A stretch of DNA of 64,000 nucleotides from Mobula hypostoma (lineage: Eukaryota): contig NC_086108.1 in NCBI RefSeq assembly GCF_963921235.1, positions 67,582,001-67,646,000 on the forward strand, read 5' to 3'. Of the stretch, positions 41,183 through 52,659 are shown in pieces. The stretch's first letter is position 1; each line of letters begins with the position of its first letter. Both the position numbers and the translations under genes were made by a program. The notes beneath the pieces were generated by a model, which was given only the letters and a program-made list of their open reading frames with translations, was not told the DNA's origin and did no database searches.

Positions 41183-41985
41183 TAAGTTCAAAGTACATTC
41201 ATTATCAAAGTATGTATGTAGTATACAACCCTGAGATTTGTCTTCCCACAGAAAGACACAAGACAAAGGAACACCATGGAACCTGTCCAAGGAAAACATC
41301 AGACACCCAACACACACACAAAAAAAGAACAAATCGTGCAAACAGCAAAAAATGAGCAAAAAACAGATTATAAAACACCAAAACCACTGTCATTGAAACA
41401 GTCACGGAATGTTCAGTTCAGTTCAATTTAGCGCTGTGTCGTTCGCTGACTGCAGACTGCACAGCTGCAGAGCCAACCTGCTCTGATCAAAATTACACAA
41501 AGTAGCAACAAATAAAGGAGTAACCAGAAACCAGAAACACACATAACCTGCACTGCAGAGTCCAACCACAAAACGCATCAATTAATCCTTGCTTGGCACC
41601 ATCCTCCAGCAGCAGTGAACCGGAGGGAGAGAAAGATCAGTGAAATGCAGGCACATGGCGCTGAAAACCCGCTCACCTTCTGCTCTCATCCTCGTTAATT
41701 TCAATCTTGCTCAATGCCTTAATCCGAGAGAAATGGAGTTGATTATTGACTCCAGGCTTCTTGGCTTTCAGGCTGTATACTCCACTCTGAACCCCACCAA
41801 ACTCCATTGGAGACAGCACATCACCAGTTCATTCAATCAGTCCAAAAACATGCCGTCAACATGTGAATCACAGGTTCCAATTGTAGCAGAAGCATATTTG
41901 AAAGAAAAAGAAGTAAAAGATGATGTTTTGTGAACTGTCTGAAGAGTGTCGCCTTTGGTCATGTTGTTTGTTGGCGCCATCTTCT
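41183..41985 (-). mobile_element. Non-autonomous LINE-related element
   Basis: On -, starts AAGATGGCGCC and ends with a Rex1/L2-type 3' tail (ctttgataatgaatgtactttgaact). No RT remnant seen. Confidence 0.5.
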
Positions 41986-42014
41986 TCATTTAAATTTGAA
42001 TTTAAACCTGTATG

Positions 42015-43200
42015 CCACAAGTTTGGTGTTGGGATCTTTGTTGTTTGTTATTTATATAAATGATTTGGATGTGAAGGTGAAGATTTGAGCAATAAGTTGT
42101 CCACAGGGAAGAAGGTTATCGTTGATTGCAGGAGGATCTTGATCAGTTAGGGAAGTGGACCAAGGACTGGCAAATGGATTTCAATACAGATAAATGTCAG
42201 GTGATGCATTTTGGTAAATTAAACCAGCATAGGATTTGTCGTGTGAATATAGGCCACTAGAGAGTGCAACGTTAAATTGTTGGTGAGGCCATACATGGAA
42301 TACTGTGTACACTTTTGGTCATCCTGTTATAGTTAAGATGTGGTTAAACTGGAAAGGGTGCAGAAAACATTTAGAAGGATGTTGCCAAGACTAGAGAGCC
42401 TGAATTATAGGGTGAGGTCTGCCAAACTCAGTCTTTATTCCTTGGAGTATTGCGGAATGAGGGGTGATCTTACAGGTCTATAAAATCATGACAGGCGTGG
42501 TGGGAGCTCTTCTCATAATTGGGGAGTCCAAAACTAGAGGGCGTAGATTTGGGGTGAGGTTTAAAAAGGATCTGAGGAGAAACTTTCATGCAGTGGGTGT
42601 TGAATATATTGAATGAGCTGCCAGAGGAAATGTTTCAGACGAGTACAATAGTATCATTTAAGCACGTGGATAGATACATGCAGGGTACAGACCAGAGGGA
42701 TATGGGTTGAACACGGGTAATTGAGATTAGTTAGGTAGGTACTGTGGGCAGCATAGATTAATTGGGCTGAAGGGCCAGTATCCACGATCAATGGCAATGT
42801 TAGTTATATACACTAAAATTGTATTTCTTTAGGAAAGAAAAATGAACATTAAAGGGAGACTGAGAGAGCAAGAAGTTGAGGGCGGAGTTATAGAGCTATA
42901 TAAAATGATGAGGGCGTAAGATGGTCATTGCCTTTTTTCTAGGGCAGGGGAAACTAGCGGGCATAGGTTTCAGGTGAGAGGGGCAAGATTAGAACGGTAC
43001 CTTTTTAATCCACGTAGAGGATGATGGGTTAAAAGAAATGAGTTGCTAAGGGAGAAATAGAAGTAGGTACAATTTACAATATTTAAGACATTCAGATGAA
43101 TACATGGATGGCAAAGGTTTACAGAGTTAAAGGCAAATACAGGCAAACAGAATTAGATCAGAAAGGCAACATACTCAGCCTGTTTCAAGCTATGCAACTC
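42015..43200 (+). mobile_element. Two old CR1 3' fragments (about 42015-42790 and 42880-43200)
   Basis: Degenerate WQMDFNTDKC.VMHFG and EYCV.FWS motifs, plus 3' UTR remnants. Confidence 0.75.
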
Positions 43201-44820
43201 TTAGTTATTTTGACAGCAGATGTGGTCAACTTTGTTGATGAAAAGATCCCAATTACAGCAGTTAACTAACCTACATACAGTAAAGAAATTGGAAAAAATG
43301 GAAATTATGCATTAATTACTTTTATTCCTTAATTATGTACCTTAATGACATGCTTTAAAATCAGAAAAGTAATTGTTAAGACTATTGTTAACAGCAAACT
43401 GCAGTCTGCCATGCAGTGTAAGGTCCTACACGAGGATGCAGTGATGGCTGCAATCAGGGGATTTCTTCTTACATAACATGCCAACGTGAAATGACAAGGA
43501 TTGCCATTATCCAGTGCTAAGCTGCTGATTTCTGGATGCCTTTGGCTCGAATTCTTGCTGCTGAGGCATCTGAGGAGGAGATTAAGGATGTGAAGGAGGT
43601 CAGAACTGGAGGGATACAGAGTTTTGAAAACTGCAGGACTAATGGAAGTTGGACATTAAAAAAAAATCCATAGACAAGAATAAGCACAATAAGAATTCAA
43701 TTTCATCACTGGATACAGGAGGAAATAATTTTGCATTGGGCTGTTTAAACACAATAAAAACTGCAAACAAATCCATAATTTTTAAAAATTGTCCAACAGC
43801 CTTAATTGCAACACATTTTGATATGTGATTTATTTTTAAAATGAAATTGTTATCTAAAAATTAGAGTTTGCTAAAAATATTGAAAGAAAACAATTAATAC
43901 TTGTCAATATCATTTACGAGTAACAGGCAGTCAAGGGCATTAGTGGCAGATCAGAGAACAGTCAATTCTGCTCCTGACCAAGATGACATTGAAAAATTGC
44001 CCAGATACAGTGCTATAAAAAGTATTCACCCACTTGGAAGTTTTCATGTTTTATTGTTTTACAACATTGAATCACAGTGGATTTAATTTGACTTTTTTTG
44101 ACAATGATCTTTCATTGAAAAAGACTCTTTCATGTCAAAGCGAAAACAGATCTCTACACAGTGATCTAAATTAATTATAAATATAAAATGCAAAATAATT
44201 CATTGCATAAGTATTCACCCATTTAATATGACACACCAAATCATCACTGGTGCAGCGAATTGGTTTTAGAAGTCACATAATTAGCTAAATGGAGATCACC
44301 TGTATGCAGTCAAGGTGTTTCAATTGATTGTAGTAAAAATATACCTGTATCTGGAAGGTACAACTGCTGGTGAGTCAGTATCCTGGCAAAAACTACATCA
44401 TTAAGATAAGAGAACACTCTAAACAACTCCATGAAAAGATTGTTGGAAAGTACAAGTCTGGAGATGGATACAAGCAAATTTCAGAGTCACTGAATATCCC
44501 TCCGAGCACAGTTAAGTCAATCATCAAAAAAATGGAAAGAATATGGTACAGCTGTAAATCTGCCTAGAGCAGGCCGTCCTCAAAGACCAAGTGACTATGA
44601 AAGAAGAGGACTAGTGAGGGAAGCCACCAAGAGAGCCATGATGACTCTGGAGGAGTTACACGCTTCAGTGGCTGAGATGGGAGAGACTGCACATACAACA
44701 ACATTTGCCCAGGTGCTTCACCAGTCAGAGCTTCACTGGGAGAGTGGCAAAGAGAAAGCCACAGTTGAAAAAAAAATGCACATGAAACCTCAGCTAGAGT
44801 TTGCCAGAAGGCACATAGGA

Positions 44821-45963
44821 CAGGGGTCTCCAACCTTTTTTGCAACGCAGACCAGTTTAGTATTGACAATATTCTCGTGGACCGGCCGACCCAGGTGGGG
44901 GGAGGGTTGCCAACAGACAAGAGTAGCAGTCAAATACGTTGTGTTTACCCCCGAGAAAGAGTACCATGCCCATGAAGCCTTGCGCGGGAACTAGTGCGCA
45001 TGCGTGTACGTGCTGATTTTTTTCTACAAATCGTTTTTGGCGATTCCGTTCGGAGGGGGGTGTTAATCACAACTGGAATACAGTATAGGTGTTAAACACT
45101 CAATTTTGTTTCTAAAAGGGTTTATCTAACGAATTTAATATTAAAAACAGCGCATATTTTCCTCTCATGAATATAGTGATAAGTCAATTATCAGCGGAGG
45201 ACAGGGGAGCTTGAAGTAAGTGTTGAACGAACTTTAGAAGTGGTAGAGGCAGGTTCGATATTGTCATTTAAAGAAAAATTGGATAGGTATATGGACAGGA
45301 AAGGAATGGAGGGTTATGGGCTGAGTGCAGGTCAGTGGGACTAGGTGAGGGTAGCGTTCGGCATGGACTAGAAGGGCAGAGATGGCCTGTTTCCATGCTG
45401 TAATTGTTATATGGTTATATAAGTCACTTATAAGTCAATAGCATCATAACATTTTAAGTAACGGTTGGATATTAAACACACAACACATATTTTCCCTGTA
45501 TGAACATATAAAATCATTGCAACACACCAATATCGCTGAATCGGTGGGAGCCCTGGGCTTGTTTTCCTGCAACAAGACGGTCCTATCGAGGGGTGATGGG
45601 AGACAGCGATATTCGAAGGGGGTTCCTTATGTTCAGTCCATTCCGCAATTTAGTTTTTGTTGCATTCATTGCAGAGATATGTTGGAAATGTTAGCAACAT
45701 TTTCAGTGTTTTCGTGGCTATCTCACATAGCTTTTCAGCCCACCGTCATTTGCAAGCTCAAGGAGTTGATCTCCTTCCCACGCTGACATGGATGACGCGT
45801 GGGTAATGACCTCACGTGTGTTCAAGTTCAACAGTGGGTGTGACAGGGAACGGGAAAAGGTGCAGCTGATTCATATCGCCAAATTATATCGTTTCCTCAC
45901 GGCCCGGTAGCACATGCTTTGCGGCCTGGTATTGATCCGCGGTCTGGTGGTTGGGGACCGCTG
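44821..45963 (-). mobile_element. hAT-Charlie (Charlie3/MER1-like) non-autonomous element nested in the Tc1
   Basis: TIRs CAGGGGTCTCCAACC / GGTTGGGGACCGCTG. Imperfect 8-bp TSD ACATAGGA / AAGTAGGA. The minus strand at about 45540-45725 encodes a hAT C-terminal remnant TKTKLRN..NPLRISLSPITPR*DRLVAGKQAQGSH. Confidence 0.88.
45236..45420 (+). mobile_element. CR1 3' end inside the hAT element
   Basis: EVVEAG....FKEKLDRYMDRKGMEGYG followed by the CR1 3' UTR. Confidence 0.8.
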
Positions 45964-46954
45964 AAGTAGGAGACTCTGAAGTCAGCTGGATGGAGGTTCA
46001 TGGTCTGTTGATACCAAAACTGAGCTTTTTGGTCATCAGACTAAACGCTATGTTTGGCATAAGCCAATCACCGCATCTCATCAAAAACACATCATCCCTA
46101 CTGTGAAGCATGGTGATGGCTCCACCATGCTGTGGGGATGCTTCACTGCAGCAGGCCCTGGAAGGGTAAAATAAATGCAGCAAAGTACAGGGAAATCCTG
46201 GAGGAAAACCTGATGCAGTCTGCAAGAGAACTGCGACTTGAGAGAAGATTTGCTTTCCGGGAAGACAATGACATCAGTACAAAACCAAAGCTACAAAGGA
46301 ATAGTTTAAAAACAGCCGATTGAGAATTTCTGGCTGGACTTGAAAAGGGATATTCACTCATGATCCTCATGCAATCTGACAGAGCTTGAGCAGTTTTGTA
46401 GAGAAGAATGGGGAAAAATTTCAGTGTCCAGATGTATAAAGCTGATAGAGACCTATCCACACAGACTCATGGCTATAAATGCTGCCAAAGGTGCATCTAC
46501 TAAATACTGACTTGAATGGGATGAGTACTTGTACAACCAATTATTTTGTGTTTTATTCTTGTGATTAATTTAGATCACTTTGTAGAGATCTGTTTTCACT
46601 GTGACACAAAATAGTCTATTTCTGTTGATCAGTGTCAAAAAAGGCCAAATTAAATCCACTGTGATTCAATGTTGTAAAACATTAAGACATCAAAACTTGC
46701 AAGGCAGGTGAATACTTTTTATAGGCACTGCATACCCTATTCACAAAAGAAAATGTAGCACACACTAATTCCAGCTAATATTGGCTCAACAAACAATCTG
46801 TTAGAGGAACTCAGCGAGTAAAGCAACAAGTGACATGGAGAGAGATGGAATTGTTGACACTTGAGTTCCTTATTTTCTTTCAGATGAATCGAACAAATTG
46901 TTACCTCACTTTTCTGCTGTTAATCCCTACTAAAATGGAAGGTGTCAAAGATGA

Positions 46955-47350
46955 GCAACACACACAAAATGCTGGTGGAACACAGCAGGTCAGGCAGCAT
47001 CTATAGGAAGAGGTACAGTCGACGTTTCAGGCCTAGACTCTTCGTCAGGACTAACTGAAAGAAGAGATAGTAAGAGATTTGAAAGGGGGAGGGGGAAGGG
47101 GAGATCCGAAGTAATAGGAGAAGACAGGAGGGGGAGGGATAAAGCTAAGAGCTGGAAAGTTGATTGGTAAAAGGGATACAAGGCTGGAGAAGGGAGAGGA
47201 TCAGGGGCAGGAGGCCTAGGGAGAAAGAAAGGGGGAAGGGAGCACCAGAGGAAGATGGAGAGCAGGCAAGGAGTTCTTACCCCATCCCTTATTTATTTAT
47301 TATGCTTCCCCTTTTTTTCTCTCTCTGTCCCTCTCACTATAACTCCTTTA
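46955..47350 (-). mobile_element. Penelope-like terminal repeat fragment with a minimal hammerhead (47016-47053)
   Basis: The minus strand reads tagtc-CTGACGA-agagtctaggcct-GAAA-cGTC-gactg. Same family as 50395, 55100 and 61587. Confidence 0.7.
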
Positions 47351-47854
47351 CAAATATTTTACTCAATGCTGCACAGTTTGGGTTTTATCATGACCTTTTC
47401 AGACCTTTTCACTCCAGACATCACCTTGGCAGCCAAGTGTGAAAAGAAAATAATTCTAAAGATGAAACAAGAGTGAGTGTCCTTGATAACAAAGCTACTA
47501 CCTTAATATCCAAATGTAAACAAACAGAACAAGTCTAAAGGTGAAGCAAGAGTGACTGTCCTTGATAATAAAGCAACATTTAATTGTCCTCTCAAGAAGG
47601 CCCGGTAAAATTGGAAACCATAACAATTTAGTGAAAACTTTCATTTTGCCATTGTCATCCCCCTCACAAAGGGAAATCCTTGTGGTTAATGGAGGTGAAT
47701 CATTGCAGTACCAGGACATTACCAGATTAGTGACCTTGGCCAAACCATTAATCAGTTGCATCATTAGTAACATTGCCTTAATGGTAAGGGGAGCCCAGCC
47801 TTCATGATAATGTCAGAAATGAGGATCCATACTGCTAATTGTTGTTCAACTTCA

Positions 47855-49367
47855 AGAATTGAAAATACACATGGACTGAGATGTTAACTGTCCTGTGCTA
47901 TCACCAGTGGGATCATCAGTTGATCTGCCACCTGTCTTCAGGAGTTTCGGCCCGCTTATGATCAAGACTCCCTCGAGGTGGTGGGCCAGCAGTGCTAAAG
48001 CACCACCTCCCACTGGTGAGCTTAAAAACTTGGCATCTGCCTCTATCAGAGTTGTTGGTCGCTTCCATCCAATAGATAGTCTACTCTTCAGGTGTCTATG
48101 CAACTACTAAAGGGTTTGCAAAAGATGTATACACTGTCCGACTATCTGCCCCTCTGGACATACTTGGTCCACACCCATGCTGATCCTGTCTCTGTTGCCT
48201 CAGCTACAGCCCTGCAGGTTGACTTGATCTCTCCTAGTGAAGCCAAGGTCACGCAGCCACTTCTGGAAAGTGAACGCAATAAACCCACGGCTGCCTACTT
48301 CAAATGGATAGCATGAGACCTTCCACCCTCTGTCTCTGCACTCTGATCTTAATTCTGCATACTTGGTTAGCTTGCGCTCATGGGTTTCATCGATGTTGCC
48401 TTCCCAGGGGACTGTGAGTTCACCAATAACCACTTCTCTACTGGTGTCAGACCATACGATTATATCTGGATGCAATGTGGTGAAAGCTATTTGCTCCGGG
48501 AAGCTGCCTTTCCCATCCAGGTCGGCCTTGACATACCAATCATTGGCTGAAGAAAGTATGCTTGATTGTGAGCCTGTGCTGTACACCCTTGACTTGGAGC
48601 CCTCTTTCACAAATGATATGCTATGTTCTGTGCAGCATGGGGCATGAGATAAGTTGTGCTGCAGTACTCTCTGCTCATCACCTTCTGTTACAACTTTAAG
48701 AATGTTGTTATGTCTCCAAGTGTACATGCCGCTGGAAAGATTGACTCTGCATGCACTCAAAATATGTTGAAGTGTTCCCTTCTCGCCACAAGCAGCACTC
48801 CTGTCTGTCTTATCTTCATACCAGGTGCTGAGTTTGGCAGATGTTGGGAGCAGATCGTATGCTGCTCTGCATATGCAGAGCGGTTCCATCTGCCACAGAA
48901 CATTCCAAGATAGATGTCGTTGTTCAATACTTTCCCACCAGGTCCAAGCCCCTTGCTTGGCCAGGCCAGCTGTTTTAGCTAACCTCTTCTCCTCTTCTAC
49001 CTCTCGTATTTCTTGTGTTACAAGCTCACGGCACTCCTTACCTGTAGAAGATGACCACCACTTGTGGGTTGTCCATCCAAGTCCCTGGCGGCCTAGCTGG
49101 ATAGCCCCAACCGTCTCCTTGTGCTTCAATCTAGACTCTGCCTTATCAACTGCTACACGGGCTGACCACTTCCTGCTTGATCTCACATCCAGCTGGGTGT
49201 TCTTGATGACAGGGTCTTTTGAGTCTCAAAGCATCAAGAATGATCTTACCTTGGCTACCTTGATCTCTTCAACAAGGGATTGCACTGGGATGGTAAGCTT
49301 TGTCTGGCTACTGTGGATTGCAACATTGGTGAGACTGCTCGGTACTCCAAGCCAATTCTTCACATAC
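47855..49367 (-). mobile_element. HERO/R2-group non-LTR retrotransposon with restriction-like endonuclease, 5'-truncated
   Basis: ORF 48200-49186 contains GRQGLG, KQGAWT.W, a zinc knuckle (S)AAC..KGTLQHILSAC, YTWRHN, the endonuclease motif PDIIVWS..VVIGELTVPWE, KLTKY and FEVGSRGF. Upstream reads WLGVPSSL..SLVEEIKVAK. Confidence 0.9.
47907..47981 (-). ncRNA. Candidate non-circularly permuted hammerhead ribozyme in the HERO 3' UTR
   Basis: The minus strand reads CCACCU-CGAG-GGAGUC^UUGAUC-AUAA-GCGGGCC-GAAACUCC-UGAAGAC-AGGUGG-CA-GAUCAA-CUGAUGA-UCCCAC. Stems I and III are perfect and in register with the core; stem II is imperfect. Confidence 0.6.
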
Positions 49368-50394
49368 TATAATAATTCCTCAGGTAAAGATATAATCCAT
49401 GCCTGTTTACAGTAAGGTCTGCACAACGTTTAGACATGGGAGCAGAAGTGGCGATTATCATTCATACCAGGCAAGTGCCAGTTAATACCTCCAACCAACA
49501 ACAGAATCCAATCAATCCCTTGACATTCAAAAACTTCACCATCATTGATTTCCTATACCATGAATATCTTGGGTGTCATCATCTATAAGAAACCTAACGG
49601 GAGTAGCCAGTAAAATAGCATGTCTTCTAAAAAAAAAAGGCCCGTGTCTTAGATCTGTGTGCAACTGCCTCAGCACCTGAAACCAAATCTTCTCCATTTT
49701 CTTCAAGGAGTGCAACCCTGCTTGGACAAGTGAAACTGCAACAGCACCCAAGAAGTCTGATACCATTAAGGAAATTGCAGTCCTCTTCACCGGCATCCAA
49801 TCTTTCAACCCCTAAACCAATGCACCACAGCTGCATTGGGTATGATAGAGAAAATGCCAAAGTTTTGTCAACAGCACTTCCCAAAGCCACAGACTTTTCT
49901 CATCAAATAGACAGGGACATAATTTAATCATAATTTAATGAGTACCTCACCATTTTACAGCAAGTCAAACTCACAGTTTCTTGATTTCATGAGCCTAAGT
50001 ACAAGTCTTCCCCAAGTTACAAATGACACTGAGAACTGTTTGTTCAAGTTGGGAATGAATAACAACTGTGTGAGGGATGATTACAGGATCAGCTATCTCA
50101 GGAGAGTGAGCAGATCTGTAGAGAGTTGCAGCTAACTGGCCTCACTGAGTGAGTGAGTCTGCTCTGCATTCCCAGCTCTGCTTGGGTCAATGCGGCCCCA
50201 AGGTTTTGTGGCTTAGGTGGGGGAAGCGGAGGCATGGAGAAATACCGTGTTCCATAACCACCCAGCAAAAGTTGACTGCAGCCCTAAGGTCACTGGCATA
50301 TCCATCCTGTTGGTCTTCCAAACATTTGATCATATGTATGAGCTATCCATACATATCATTCAAAAACTGACAAGCACCTGGATCAGTATTTCCT

Positions 50395-51185
50395 AAACAC
50401 AGGACATTCTGCAGATGCTTGAAATCCAAAGCAACAAACACAAAATGCCGGGGGAACTCAGCAGCTCAGGTAACATCTATGGAAATGAATAAATATTGAC
50501 ATTTCTGGCTGAGACCCTTCTTCAGGACTGGAAAGAAATGGGAAAAATGTCAGAATAAAGGGAGGGAAAGGGGAAGGAGGATAGCTAGGTGATAGGTGAA
50601 GTCAGGTGGGTGAGAAAGGTAAACACAAAAATAATCTGCAGATGCTGGGATCAAAGCAACACTCACAGCACGCTGGAGGAACTCAGCAGGTCGGGCAGCA
50701 TCAGTGGAAACAATGAGTCAACGTTTCGGACCGGAACCCTTTGTCAGGACTTCCCCCTCCTTCTTTCTTCAGTCCTGACGAAGGGTTGCGACTCGAAACT
50801 TCGACTCATCGTTTCCACTGATGCTGCCCGACCTGCTGAGTTCCTCCAGGGTGAGAAAGGTGTGAAGTAGCATCAATGCAGTTGTCAATGCAGCAAAGGT
50901 AGAGTCAGGGAGCATTACTAGAGAAGACCTGGGGCATAGACAGTTCTACATAGCCAATAAAGAGGCAGGCATAGCTGGGGCCCATGCAGGTATCCATGGC
51001 TACCCCTTGAGTCTGGAGAAAGTGGGAGGAGCCAAAGGAGAAACTGTTGAGGGTGAGGACCAGTTCTGCCAGACAGAGAAGGGTGGTGGTGGTGGAGGGG
51101 AGCTGGTTGGTTCCTTTGTTGAAAAAGATACAGGCCTTCTTGATAAGGGATAGAAGTGTATAGGGACTGGCAGCCATGGTTAGTA
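50395..51185 (-). mobile_element. Penelope-like element remnants (terminal repeat plus RT fragment)
   Basis: ORF 50905-51177 reads LAELVLTLNSFSF...FLQTQGVAM.T.MGPSYACLF, a PLE-type RT motif B. Terminal repeat at 50395-50620. Confidence 0.8.
50621..50849. mobile_element. Palindromic Penelope-derived insert with two opposed hammerheads and a TSD
   Basis: 79-bp inverted arms at 50673-50751 and 50771-50849. Direct repeat (G)GGTGAGAAAGGT at 50608-50620 and 50849-50861. Confidence 0.8.
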
Positions 51186-52659
51186 CTTCCTAACCAGCAA
51201 CACTGTAGAAGCTGCATAGACCACAAATGTACAAGGAGGAAGCTCACCAGCATCTTCTCAAGAGTAATCGGGAATGTGTAACTTCTAGTTTTACCAGTGA
51301 CATATGAATTTTAAAAATATTTTAGACTTAGCCAGTGAAAGCATCAACTGTTGCTCATTGCCTTTGTCACACAGTCAGAGTTCTGGCCAATATACCAATG
51401 ATATTTGTAAAAGAATGTTCTCCACAATATTTGTTTAATTGTGCACTACAGAAAATCCCCTATTAAATTTGGAATAAAAAGTCAAACATGTACTGACAAA
51501 ATTGTACCAAAATGTTTTAATAGTTCACAATATTTTATATCTATGATAATACAATAGTTTGGATAATCAAATTCTCATCAATGTTCCTCTATAGATAGGC
51601 ATGATATTAATATTTCATCCTTCTTACCCTCAGTTTTGGTTAAGAGCTATTTTCTTTGAAAATAATAAAGTTATTTTTCTCACACCTACTTGAATGCACT
51701 TGGTCGGTTATAAACATCTCTCATTTAGTATCCCACAGGATGCATTGCCAGGGTAATGTAATGGAATCTGAACTATTACTAAGTAAAAGCCCCAGCTGGA
51801 AATTAAGCATTAATGATTAGATGTCGGAAACACTTCCTATATCCAAGAGTTAATTAGACTAACATTGAAGAACCAATATTGAAGGCAGGTGTTAATTGTG
51901 TCTTTTGAAAGCAAAAGCTTCTGTAAATTCAGTCAAAAGTACTTTGTTTGAATCTAAAGCCTACAAATCTCTATTGTATTAGGGGCTTCCCATATCCCAT
52001 TATCTCTACAATACATATAGTCAACCCTCCACAAACAAGAGGAGAATTAGCTGAGGCTCTGACCATCATTTTCCAAAGCTGCTGGAGCCTGTTAACTTGG
52101 GACTATGATTCAATATAGTAGAAAAGGATAGAATGAGTAGAAGGGCAGTCAGACTGGTGAGTGGATTATTTAAAAATGACTGAGGAACTTCATAAGTTTA
52201 TAAATGTTTTGGGATCTTTCTTAATCTTACCCAGAAGTGCTTTTACTTATAATTACTTTCAATCCTAATTAATTTTTGCCAAGCAGGCCCCAACATATTT
52301 AATGCTCTTGTAGGACCTTTTCTTTTTTCCATTTTAGTTTAGTAGAAATGTGGCAAACAGAATCCAATCCATTGAAATGCGAGGCAAAGTGCCTTGAACA
52401 AGGCAATCGACTACCCAAGAAATTGTTGAGGAATGAGGGGTGATTAGGCACATCTCCAGAGACTCCTGGAAACCAGCAGTTAATTAAGGTAGCTAAGGAG
52501 GTATTCTTAATATTCTTAGTTTTCTTATATAGAATTCTCAGTATTCCTTACAATCTTTTCCCCCTCTTAGTAACTAATATCCATTACAAGCCCACAGCTA
52601 TTTTGCCAGCTTTATCCTGCTTTATACAACCAACAATTGTATCTCTTTATCTGGCCAAG

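Larger units (their letters stand above)
44008..46730 (+). mobile_element. Tc1-family IR/DR transposon (Passport-like), near full length but disrupted
   Basis: TIRs of about 210 bp (44008-44220 and about 46517-46730) with inner and outer AAGTATTCACCC repeats. Transposase remnants KYKSGDGYKQIS..TVKSIIKK, REATKR.M.TLEEL and PTVKHG.G..MLWGCF. Confidence 0.92.

Noticed and set aside
43473..43569. 97-bp minus-strand segment with good AG/GT borders and an open phase 2 to 0 frame (a possible alternative SPATA6 exon)
   Set aside because: No similarity to SPATA6. The homologous exon was found at 36164-36263, and such segments are expected by chance in a 27-kb intron.
47460..47580. Imperfect direct repeat of about 36 bp, two copies about 79 bp apart
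   Set aside because: Only two imperfect copies in a eukaryotic intron; a simple local duplication, not a CRISPR-like array.
48825..49415. 196-aa plus-strand ORF
   Set aside because: Antisense shadow of the HERO ORF.
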